A stretch of 11,789 nt of DNA from Candidatus Hadarchaeota archaeon (GTDB lineage Archaea > CAYQAE01 > CAYVLA01): assembly GCA_964452145.1 (NCBI GenBank), contig CAYVLA010000104.1, positions 1 to 11,789 on the forward strand, given 5' to 3'. Shown here piece by piece: positions 1-6,450 of this stretch. A model generated the notes under the pieces. The model saw nothing but the letters and a program-made list of their open reading frames with translations, ran no database searches and was not told the DNA's origin. The position numbers and the translations under genes are program-made. How positions within the stretch are numbered: the stretch's first letter is position 1; every line of letters starts with the position of its first letter.

Positions 1-2
1 AC

Positions 3-353
3 AGCACCCAGATCAGAAAACTGGCTAGGGCGTTTGTCACGAACGAGAAAGCGGCATACGACTTCTGCAAGGAGTACGGTGTCAGGTACGTGATGGTCGA
101 CGTCCCGGACGACTTCTATCCCGGAGCGAAGTGGACGGCCATGGCAGTCATAGCCGAGCAGAACGTTGCCGACTACATGGGGACGAGCGAGACCGGGACG
201 CCCGTGATATACGACAGGGGCGCTCAATGCCTGCTCTTCAAGCTGGCCTCGGTGAAGGCCCTTTCCCAGCCTTTGCCGGCCCAGCACTTCGAGTACAAGT
301 ATCCTCCGTTCGGCGTGCCAGGCCAGGTGATCGTCTACGAGTTCAAGCCCTAG
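3..353 (+). CDS. aglB: C-terminal fragment of a probable oligosaccharyltransferase AglB/STT3 (5' truncated by the window)
   Basis: The frame is open from base 3: STQIRKLARAFVTNEKAAYDFCKEYGVRYVMV...AKWTAMAVIA...VIVYEFKP*. This matches the STT3 pattern downstream of WWDYG (TQI..A..F...E..A....K.YGV.YV, a K-x-x-x-M DK/MI-like helix, a terminal V.VYE strand). WWDYG itself would lie outside the window. Confidence 0.7.
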   Translation, partial: STQIRKLARAFVTNEKAAYDFCKEYGVRYVMVDVPDDFYPGAKWTAMAVIAEQNVADYMGTSETGTPVIYDRGAQCLLFKLASVKALSQPLPAQHFEYKYPPFGVPGQVIVYEFKP

Positions 354-355
354 TG

Positions 356-613
356 GACCACAACTTGATTCCGGGAAGCCCTGGTCGTTGGGATGATGAA
401 ACGATTCCTTGGCGGCCCCGCTATGGGGTCCTTCCGCCTGTATGCAGACCTTGAGACGGATGGACGCCTTCATTCCAGCATCGGGGTCTAGTGGCAGGGC
501 AATCCGGTTGCCGGACATGGGCCCCCCAAGGGGGGTCGGCCCCCGATCCGATGGCGGGTAGTCGCGGGAGACCGTCGATGCAGCACCACACGTATACGTA
601 GGGCCTTGTGTGG
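356..613 (+). ncRNA. Candidate structured non-coding RNA of unknown family
   Basis: Near-continuous helices: 356-360/382-386, 387-396/470-479, 411-415/434-438, 478-489/569-581 (one bulge), 491-495/561-565, 503-507/511-515, 520-526/531-537, 586-591/608-613. Several G-U pairs work only on the + strand. No credible ORF overlaps it. Confidence 0.4.
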
Positions 614-633
614 GAAAAACGGGGGAAGGTGAA
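612..633 (-). terminator. Pyrimidine/T-rich archaeal terminator candidate for the 641..1228 gene
   Basis: The minus strand reads TTCACCTTCCCCCGTTTTTCCC just after the TAG at 641. Confidence 0.4.
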
Positions 634-640
634 GCCGGTC

Positions 641-1228
641 CTAGTCGAGCAGCTTCACCGTGAGGGTCTTGTTGTCCAGGGAAACCGGGTCCTGATTGGT
701 GTAGGCGTAGTACATCTTGACGTCATAGGTGCTCTGGTTGACGTTGGCAGGCAGCTGAGGGCACATTATGGTCACCCTGATCGCCCTCTCGCCCTTCAGT
801 GTTGTGAACCTCCACTGGTAGCGCCCCTCGCGCTCGGTCCAGGTCTCGTTCGCTTCTGTGAAGTCGACCTCGCCAAGCTCCAGCAGAATCGACACTCCCT
901 TGGCCGTTCCTTTCTTGGGCTTGAAGATGAGTTCGATGTCCTCCTTCTTGACCTGATAGGATGTCCACTTGCTCCTGTTGCCGCCGAACTCCACATATTC
1001 ATCGGGGTACTCCATGATCCACTCCATATACCCTTCAAGCGGCGGCTGGTAGAGCCAGTTGGAGATCCAGTTGGTCTTCGTGAATATTCCCCACGCCGCG
1101 ATCAACAGTAGTACGATGGCCACGACGAGTATGCCGAGACGTATCTTCCTCCTCGCGGGCGACTCGACGTATCTCACGACTTCCTCTTCGCCCCCTTCCT
1201 CTTTCTTCTCTTCAGGTGCTTCAGCCAC
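641..1228 (-). CDS. Hypothetical single-pass membrane protein (195 aa)
   Basis: GTG start preceded by GAGGAGGT. Acidic N-terminus, a basic patch RRKIR, one hydrophobic helix (LGILVVAIVLLLIAAWGIF), then a soluble domain with four N-x-S/T sequons. Confidence 0.8.
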   Translation of the reverse strand: MAEAPEEKKEEGGEEEVVRYVESPARRKIRLGILVVAIVLLLIAAWGIFTKTNWISNWLYQPPLEGYMEWIMEYPDEYVEFGGNRSKWTSYQVKKEDIELIFKPKKGTAKGVSILLELGEVDFTEANETWTEREGRYQWRFTTLKGERAIRVTIMCPQLPANVNQSTYDVKMYYAYTNQDPVSLDNKTLTVKLLD

Positions 1229-1240
1229 TCACAGACCTCC

Positions 1241-1426
1241 TCAGGTAATCCTCTTCCTTAGGCCCAATATGCAAAGGATCAGACCTCCGAAGAGCAGCAT
1301 GAACATCAGTAGCAGTCCGACATCTGCCGATGCGATGGGGTTGAACATCGTGCCCATCCCTAGGACTGCTCCGACGCACATCAGACCTATTCCTGCGAGG
1401 AACATCGGTCCACCTTTGCGGGCCAT
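1241..1426 (-). CDS. Small two-TM membrane protein (61 aa)
   Basis: ATG with a GGTAGGAG RBS, two hydrophobic helices with basic termini, and a stop codon that runs into the RBS of the next gene. Confidence 0.75.
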   Translation of the reverse strand: MARKGGPMFLAGIGLMCVGAVLGMGTMFNPIASADVGLLLMFMLLFGGLILCILGLRKRIT

Positions 1427-1471
1427 GAGAACTCCTACCGAGTGAGACCTTTTCCAGAGGAATGCAATTGG

Positions 1472-1487
1472 CTTATAAAGGTTATTG
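1472..1487 (-). promoter_or_regulatory. Archaeal BRE/TATA promoter for the two membrane-protein genes
   Basis: The minus strand reads CAATAACC-TTTATAAG, about 50 nt upstream of the ATG at 1426, leaving room for a short leader containing the RBS. Confidence 0.65.
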
Positions 1488-1550
1488 TGCCCTGGCGCGC
1501 TTAGCGCTCATCCGAGGATGCTCTGCTGCCAAACCGCGTGGCAGACTGAA

Positions 1551-1606
1551 ATCCTGATGAGATCCGGTTCGCCTGCCAGGTGAGTGCGCTCCCCGTCTGA
1601 CAGGAT
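1551..1606 (+). ncRNA. Candidate box C/D guide sRNA embedded in a larger 1490-1653 fold
   Basis: C box CTGATGA (1554-1560), 12-nt guide GATCCGGTTCGC, degenerate D'/C' (CTGC / AGGTGA), 13-nt guide GTGCGCTCCCCGT, D box CTGA (1597-1600), and flanking ATCCTG/CAGGAT inverted repeat. The first guide is complementary to the conserved archaeal 16S sequence GCGAACCGGAUU. Confidence 0.55.
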
Positions 1607-1678
1607 CTGGCTGCGCCCCGGATCTTCTAGAGCACGCCACAGGCCGCCCAGGGACGGAAATGTGTGGGGCCACAGGGA

Positions 1679-1700
1679 TTTCCGTCGCATTCGTTGCGAT
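1679..1700 (-). other. tRNA intron 3 (22 nt, position 59/60, T loop)
   Basis: Complete BHB: outer stem GGG/CCC, central helix TTCG/CGGA, bulges AA^A and AA^T, inner stem TCGCA/TGCGA. Confidence 0.9.
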
Positions 1701-1721
1701 TTCGAACCCTGGTCGGTGGGT

Positions 1722-1779
1722 TTCTTCCGATACCCTCCGTTGCTCATCGGCCTAGGCCTCGCCGCTCCGGAGTCTGAGA
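1722..1779 (-). other. tRNA intron 2 (58 nt, canonical position 37/38)
   Basis: GGG-CTCC-AG^T...GAAG-AA^A-CCC. The central helix has one C-A mismatch, and there is an internal CTCCG/CGGAG stem. Confidence 0.85.
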
Positions 1780-1795
1780 CTGGAGCCCACTATGA

Positions 1796-1811
1796 TTCCG
1801 GGTTCACACCT
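1796..1811 (-). other. tRNA intron 1 (16 nt, position 21/22, D arm)
   Basis: Relaxed BHB: central helix CCGG/CCGG with 3-nt bulges TA^A and AA^T. Splicing restores a normal D loop. The boundary could shift by 1 nt. Confidence 0.8.
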
Positions 1812-1855
1812 TACCGGACTACACCATGGCCCCTGTTCCCGCAAGCCTGCCGAGT

Positions 1856-1872
1856 TCAATAAATATCTTTCC
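1856..1872 (-). promoter_or_regulatory. BRE/TATA promoter of tRNA-Trp
   Basis: The minus strand reads GGAAAG-ATATTTATTGA, about 25-30 nt upstream of the mature 5' end at 1833. Confidence 0.7.
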
Positions 1873-1924
1873 GGAATCGAAATCGGGGTGACACAGGAAT
1901 CGGAATGGGTCCGTCGGGGGTTTT

Positions 1925-3157
1925 CTACTGCTGGGCGCCTTCGGCGTTCCGCTCGACCATGGTCCCGGTCCCGATGTGCGTCCTGGGGGCCATGAGCGTG
2001 CCAGCTCGGACCGTCGCGCCGGCGCCGATGGTTGACTGATCGCCGAGCACGGGTCCGAGCCTCGTCCTCCCGGTGTCGAAGCGCCTCCCTTTGATCGACA
2101 CCTCAACCGTCCGACCCGTCTTGTCGCGATCCTCGAGGACGGCGTTCTTCCCGATCCGGCAACCCCGTCCCAACACGGCGTATAGGACTCGGGCACCCTC
2201 CTCGATCGTGCACTCCTCCATAATCACCGATCCCTGCACCACGCATCCCGACAGGATGCATCCTTCCCCAACGGCAGAGTGGGGGCCGATCACACAGTCG
2301 CCGAGTATGCGGCAACCGGTCCCGAGAACGCTTGGACCGATGAGCTTGGCCCTAGGATCTATGACGGTGTGGGGGCCTGTGTAGACCTGCCGGCCCACCG
2401 ATCTCAGCCCTGGCGTGGCCGCGATCTTGGCCAACTCGTCGAGGAAGAGCTCGTTGAGCACGATGACGTCCCATGTCTTTCCCAGTTCGTGCCAGTGGGC
2501 AACCTCGAACCATCTGACCGGCAGCCCATCATCGATGATTCCTTGGAGGGTGTCCGTTATCTCGATCTCGTTCCTCTTCGGATTGGGCGGGGTCCTGTCT
2601 ATCCTGTCGAAGATGTCCGGTTCGAAGACGTAGGACCCCACGTTGGCTAGGTCAGAAGGGGGGTTCTCGGCCTTCTCCACGACCCTTCTGACATGCCTCC
2701 CTTCCACCTCGAACACCCCGTAGTCGCGTGGATTGGCAACTCTCTTCGCGGCCACGCTCGTGCACTCGGCTCTAACCATCTTCCGCAAGCCGTCCCGGTC
2801 CAGCAATACGTCGCCATTCAGCGCCAGAAAGGGTCCTTCCACCGACCCTCTCGCAGCGTTCACAGCGTCGCCCGTGCCTCTCTGTTCTTTCTGGATTCGG
2901 AGGATGATCTCGAGTCCGTCGCGGGCGTTCCGTGATACCCACTCGGCTACCATCTCCTTCATGTAGCCCACGACGAGCACCACTCGGTTGATCCCGACGT
3001 CGGCCAGAAGGTCCAGCTGGTGGGCCAGAAACGCTCGGTTTGCTGTCGGTATCAAGACCTTTGGACGGCCGTATGTGAGGGGCCTGAGCCTCGTTCCTTC
3101 CCCCGCCGCTAGAACGACGGCTTCCCTGACCCTTCGCCCTGGCATCGAATCGCTCAC
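1925..3157 (-). CDS. Archaeal GlmU-like sugar-1-phosphate nucleotidyltransferase with a C-terminal left-handed beta-helix
   Basis: Motifs VLAAGEGTRLRPLTYGRPK, Q..QRGTGDAV, LNGD, YGV, VEK and EIEITD, followed by hexapeptide repeats and the archaeal-type IKG...DTGR..LG.VLGD loop. Start is GTG 3157 or ATG 3145. Confidence 0.9.
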   Translation of the reverse strand: MSDSMPGRRVREAVVLAAGEGTRLRPLTYGRPKVLIPTANRAFLAHQLDLLADVGINRVVLVVGYMKEMVAEWVSRNARDGLEIILRIQKEQRGTGDAVNAARGSVEGPFLALNGDVLLDRDGLRKMVRAECTSVAAKRVANPRDYGVFEVEGRHVRRVVEKAENPPSDLANVGSYVFEPDIFDRIDRTPPNPKRNEIEITDTLQGIIDDGLPVRWFEVAHWHELGKTWDVIVLNELFLDELAKIAATPGLRSVGRQVYTGPHTVIDPRAKLIGPSVLGTGCRILGDCVIGPHSAVGEGCILSGCVVQGSVIMEECTIEEGARVLYAVLGRGCRIGKNAVLEDRDKTGRTVEVSIKGRRFDTGRTRLGPVLGDQSTIGAGATVRAGTLMAPRTHIGTGTMVERNAEGAQQ

Positions 3158-3188
3158 AGTTATAACTTCGTCTTTTCATATATCTTCC
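3158..3188. promoter_or_regulatory. Compact bidirectional promoter between the GlmU-like gene and rtcA
   Basis: A 31-bp AT-rich gap containing GTTATAAC (3159-3166) and ATATAT (3178-3183), with CGGAAG as a minus-strand BRE. Confidence 0.6.
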
Positions 3189-4253
3189 GTGGATGCTGGG
3201 AAACGACCGGTGAGCATAGATGGACGTTACGGCGAGGGCGGGGGAAGCATTCTCCGGGTCGCCACCGGGCTATCTGCCGTGACCGGACGGCCGGTCGAGA
3301 TCACGAACGTGAGGGTGAACCGTCCCAAGCCGGGCCTGGCTCCCCAGCACCTGGCCGGCCTGAAGTGCCTTGCCAGACTCTTCAACGCCCGTACGACCGG
3401 GCTCGAACTGGGCTCCACCGAGATCGGGTTCTTTCCGCATGCCCCAGCCATCGCCGAGCTGGAGGCCGACGCGGGCACGGCGGGAAGCGTGGCTCTGATG
3501 CTGCAAAGCCTCATGATTCCCATTCCGTTCATCCGTCGGAGGGTCGACCTCTCCCTAACGGGCGGGACCCATGTGCCGTGGTCCCCAAGCTTCGATTATC
3601 TCAAGCACGTTACCCTGCCCCTGCTTAATTCGATGGGGTGTGGCTTCGATGCGAGCCTGATCGTCCCGGGGTACTATCCTAGGGGGGGAGGCAGGGTCGT
3701 CTTCTCATCGCGCCCCTGCGATCACCTGGAGGCTGTGAGGCTGGATTCGTTTGGGGAGATCGCCTCCATCGAGGGCATCTCGAGAGCTTCGAACCTGCCC
3801 GAGCACGTGGCTAGTAGGCAGGCCAACTCGGCGGCCGGGGTTCTTGGAGGGCTCGGCAGTCTGGACATTCGGTGTCAGGTTGACGCTTCACCTTCGCCGG
3901 GCAGTGCGATCACCCTCTGGGCTTCCACGACAACGGGCTGTCGACTCGGGGCCGTGGCCCTGGGGAAGAGGGGCAAGCCCGCCGAGACCGTCGGGCGAGA
4001 AGCCGCGGGCGAACTCCGTGAGTACGTTAGAAGCGGATCCCCGGTGGATCCCTACATGCTGGACCAGATCCTGCCCTACTGCGCCCTCGCAAGGGGAACA
4101 TCGATCCTGAGAGGTTTCAAGCTGACCGCGCACGCCACCACGAACGCCTACGTCATCGGCCTCCTTCTGGGCTGTCGGGTGGAGATCGACGGGCAGGTGG
4201 GCGAGCGATGCACGATGCGCGTGGAGGGCGTGGGTCTGCAGGGAGGAGAGTGA
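3189..4253 (+). CDS. rtcA: RNA 3'-terminal phosphate cyclase
   Basis: Motifs [57 protein letters not shown] and the catalytic His in TAHATTN. The true start is GTG 3189 or GTG 3210, not 2988. Confidence 0.95.
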   Translation: MDAGKRPVSIDGRYGEGGGSILRVATGLSAVTGRPVEITNVRVNRPKPGLAPQHLAGLKCLARLFNARTTGLELGSTEIGFFPHAPAIAELEADAGTAGSVALMLQSLMIPIPFIRRRVDLSLTGGTHVPWSPSFDYLKHVTLPLLNSMGCGFDASLIVPGYYPRGGGRVVFSSRPCDHLEAVRLDSFGEIASIEGISRASNLPEHVASRQANSAAGVLGGLGSLDIRCQVDASPSPGSAITLWASTTTGCRLGAVALGKRGKPAETVGREAAGELREYVRSGSPVDPYMLDQILPYCALARGTSILRGFKLTAHATTNAYVIGLLLGCRVEIDGQVGERCTMRVEGVGLQGGE

Positions 4254-4254
4254 T

Positions 4255-4677
4255 TTGTCTAAAGTCTGCGTGGTCATGGGCAGCAAGTCGGATGAGAAGA
4301 TCGGTCAGGCCGCAGCAGCGGTTCTGGACGAGCTCGGGGTGGAGTACGAGATCCACATTGCCTCCGCTCACAGGGAGCCGGAGAGGGTGGCGGAGATCGT
4401 TGCCTCTTCGGAGGCCGGCGTGTTCATCGCGATAGCCGGGCTGGCTGCCCACCTACCCGGTTTCATCGCCAGCAGGACCGCGAAACCCGTCATAGGAGTA
4501 CCGGTATCGGCCAAGCTGGGCGGGTTGGATGCGCTCCTGTCAATCGTGCAGATGCCCAAGGGCGTGCCTGTGGCGACGGTGGGCATCGACAGAGGGGACA
4601 ACGCGGCACATCTCGCTGCCAGGATCCTGGCGATAGCCGATCCCGCCCTGGCAGCGAGGCTCGCCCCGAGAGGTTAG
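4255..4677 (+). CDS. purE: N5-carboxyaminoimidazole ribonucleotide mutase (class I PurE)
   Basis: Motifs [49 protein letters not shown] start 1 nt after the rtcA stop, with a GGAGG RBS. Confidence 0.96.
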   Translation: MSKVCVVMGSKSDEKIGQAAAAVLDELGVEYEIHIASAHREPERVAEIVASSEAGVFIAIAGLAAHLPGFIASRTAKPVIGVPVSAKLGGLDALLSIVQMPKGVPVATVGIDRGDNAAHLAARILAIADPALAARLAPRG

Positions 4678-4684
4678 GTCGGCC

Positions 4685-5323
4685 TTGTCTGAGTGGATGA
4701 GGAAGAGGAGAAAGGATCGGTTCTACAGGCGGGCCAAGGACGAGGGCTACAGGTCGAGGGCCTCCTACAAGCTCCTCCAGCTCCACAGGAGGTATGGGAT
4801 CTTTCGCCGGGGCGATAGGGTGCTGGACCTGGGGTCGGCTCCGGGGGGATGGTCACAGGTAGCGGCGAAGCTGGTGGGCGGCGAAGGGTTCGTCGTGGGA
4901 GTCGACTTGGCGGAGGCGGCCCCGTTGCCAATGGACAACGTGGTCTTCATAGTCGGGGACATCATGGACTCGACGACGGAGGAACTGATACGATCCCATC
5001 AAGAGCACTTCGATGTCGTGCTTTCGGATGCGTCGCCGTCCATCTCAGGCATCTGGACGCGGGACCACCTTCTCTCCGTCGATCTGGCAGATAGGGCCAT
5101 GGTTCTCTGCGGCTCGTTCCTGAGGGAAGGCGGGAACTTGGTTGCGAAGGTCTTTCAGGGGGAGGAGCTGGACAGATTCCACCGGGATGTCAGGGCCAGG
5201 TTCGCTCTCGCCAAGAGGGCCAAGCCCGAGGCCTCCAGAGGGGGGAGCTCAGAGGTCTACATCATCGGCAAGGGCTTCAGGGGCTCCATGAAAGGGTCAC
5301 CGCAACCCGACGGTTTCCAGTAG
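4685..5323 (+). CDS. rlmE: 23S rRNA Um2552 2'-O-methyltransferase RlmE/FtsJ
   Basis: YRSRASYKL, VLDLGSAPGGWSQ, LSDASP, VAKVFQG and KPEASR..SSEVY give the full K-D-K-E tetrad. Confidence 0.96.
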   Translation: MSEWMRKRRKDRFYRRAKDEGYRSRASYKLLQLHRRYGIFRRGDRVLDLGSAPGGWSQVAAKLVGGEGFVVGVDLAEAAPLPMDNVVFIVGDIMDSTTEELIRSHQEHFDVVLSDASPSISGIWTRDHLLSVDLADRAMVLCGSFLREGGNLVAKVFQGEELDRFHRDVRARFALAKRAKPEASRGGSSEVYIIGKGFRGSMKGSPQPDGFQ

Positions 5324-6226
5324 CTGGCAGGCCTTGCACCTAGGGCCGATCGTCGGCTCGCCGCACGAACTGCATTCGGTCAGCCGGAGCCCTGCATACA
5401 GCCCCCTGGAGGCCGATGATAGCTTGTCGATGGTGGAGAGGAGCGAGCTCTTGCTGGTCGGCCTTTCCTCCTCAAGCGAGCTCAGAAAGCTTCTGACCTC
5501 GTTTCGCATGTCGAACTTGGAGTAGGGACAGACACCTAGGTGTACGTCGAGACCCGAGAAGATGTCGTACAGGAGGGTTTCCTTACCCGGGATCCTGCGC
5601 AGAGGCTTTGCCCTGGGGACCAGCTTGCTGTGGGACAACAGGTACTCCGAGCTCGATCTAGCCAGCCTCGCAGAATCTCCTCTGATCAGGTTGAGGAGGG
5701 CGGACTGTGCCTCGTCGTCCAGATTGTGTCCGGTCACCAGCCGGTCTGCTCCCAGTTCCCTGGCTGTCTTGTTGAGGAGCCAGCGCCTGAGGACCCCGCA
5801 GTAGGTACAAGATCTCTCCGGTGAGCCTATGCGTTCGATGATCGAATCCAGATCCAATCCGAAGTGTTCCCTGAAGGACGTCAGGTGGAACTCCAGCCCC
5901 CTTGTCCTCGCTGCCTCCCGGGCCTTCTCAACGCCTTCCTTTCTGTAGCCGGCTATCCCCTCATCGATTGTGATGACCGAGATCGGGATATTCCTTGATC
6001 GAGCTAGAGGCTCCACCATATCCAGACAGGCGACGCTGTCCTTTCCCCCCGAGACCGCAACAGCGATAGCTTGGGCGTCCTCAAGCATCCGGCCCTTCCG
6101 TACCTCGGCGATGATTCTTCGCCTCAATGCCTTTATGAAGCAGCCTCCGCAGAGCCTGGCTCCTGAGTACCTCTGGTGATATCTGGCCTTGGCTCCACAA
6201 TGGTGACAGCGAGCACCGGATGACAT
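5297..6226 (-). CDS. ncsA: tRNA 2-thiouridine synthase of the TtuA/NcsA (Ctu1) family
   Basis: N-terminal CxxC...CxxC zinc finger, PP-loop SGGKDS, CTYCGVLRR, GHNLDD, CPY, and a C-terminal CxxC...CxxC zinc finger. Which uridine it modifies (U34 or U54) cannot be determined by eye. Confidence 0.92.
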   Translation of the reverse strand: MSSGARCHHCGAKARYHQRYSGARLCGGCFIKALRRRIIAEVRKGRMLEDAQAIAVAVSGGKDSVACLDMVEPLARSRNIPISVITIDEGIAGYRKEGVEKAREAARTRGLEFHLTSFREHFGLDLDSIIERIGSPERSCTYCGVLRRWLLNKTARELGADRLVTGHNLDDEAQSALLNLIRGDSARLARSSSEYLLSHSKLVPRAKPLRRIPGKETLLYDIFSGLDVHLGVCPYSKFDMRNEVRSFLSSLEEERPTSKSSLLSTIDKLSSASRGLYAGLRLTECSSCGEPTIGPRCKACQLLETVGLR

Positions 6227-6228
6227 CC

Positions 6229-6450
6229 TCAGCCACCCGAGAATACTCTGACCAGCTTGAGCCGATCTCCGTCCGCAAGCTCCTCCGACTCCATGACCAC
6301 TTCCTCGCCCAGGAGGGTGACATAGTCCTCCAAGAGCAGCCCCACGGCCTTCACCGCTTCTCCCACGGTGGATCGCGCCTTGAGGGTCAGCCTCTCAAGT
6401 CTTCCGCCGGGCTCAACGATGACCTCGACAGTGATATTGTGGGCGTTCAT
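6229..6450 (-). CDS. Ubiquitin-like sulfur carrier (SAMP2/TtuB/ThiS-MoaD family)
   Basis: 73 aa with a beta-grasp pattern ending in LADGDRLKLVRVFSGG (C-terminal diglycine), 2 nt upstream of the thiolase gene. Confidence 0.92.
   Translation of the reverse strand: MNAHNITVEVIVEPGGRLERLTLKARSTVGEAVKAVGLLLEDYVTLLGEEVVMESEELADGDRLKLVRVFSGG

Larger units (their letters stand above)
1665..1833 (-). tRNA. trnW: tRNA-Trp (CCA) with three introns (21/22, 37/38, 59/60); CCA end not encoded
   Basis: Removing 1811-1796, 1779-1722 and 1700-1679 gives a 73-nt cloverleaf: acceptor GGGGCCA/TGGCCCC+A, D arm GTGT-AGTCCGGTA-TCAT, anticodon arm GTGGG-CTCCAGA-CCCAC, T arm CAGGG-TTCGAAT-CCCTG. Confidence 0.95.

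Noticed and set aside
478..588. tRNA-like look: GTCTAGTGGCAGGGC resembles a D arm, with a GCATCGG/TCGATGC stem and a nearby ACCA
   Set aside because: There is no TTCRA T loop, no 7-nt anticodon loop, and the spacing at positions 8-9 is wrong. It is better explained as one long helix.
356..613. RNase P RNA, SRP RNA, 5S rRNA or FMN riboswitch
   Set aside because: The diagnostic cores are absent on both strands (GAGGAAxxUCC and ACAGAA for RNase P, the helix-8 GGAA/AGCA for SRP, CGAAC for 5S, GGUGAAAUUCC for FMN).
1554..1660. Hammerhead ribozyme suggested by CTGATGA followed by a stem
   Set aside because: No GAAA follows the putative stem II, and no consistent stem III or cleavage triplet can be built.
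1872..1907. Short GGAATCG/GAAATCG repeats
   Set aside because: They are only 6-7 nt and irregularly spaced; this is not a CRISPR array or a convincing operator.
1482..1995. Short ORFs 1482..1673, 1508..1747, 1584..1862 and 1792..1995
   Set aside because: They overlap the tRNA and the structured RNA and have no protein-like features.
2988..3188. N-terminal extension of rtcA in the ORF track
   Set aside because: It overlaps the GlmU-like gene and the promoter gap; RtcA homology starts at about 3210.
4600..4677. PurE as a pseudogene because it is short (140 aa)
   Set aside because: All catalytic motifs are intact. Only the variable C-terminal helix is shortened, and the next gene's RBS follows in normal operon spacing.
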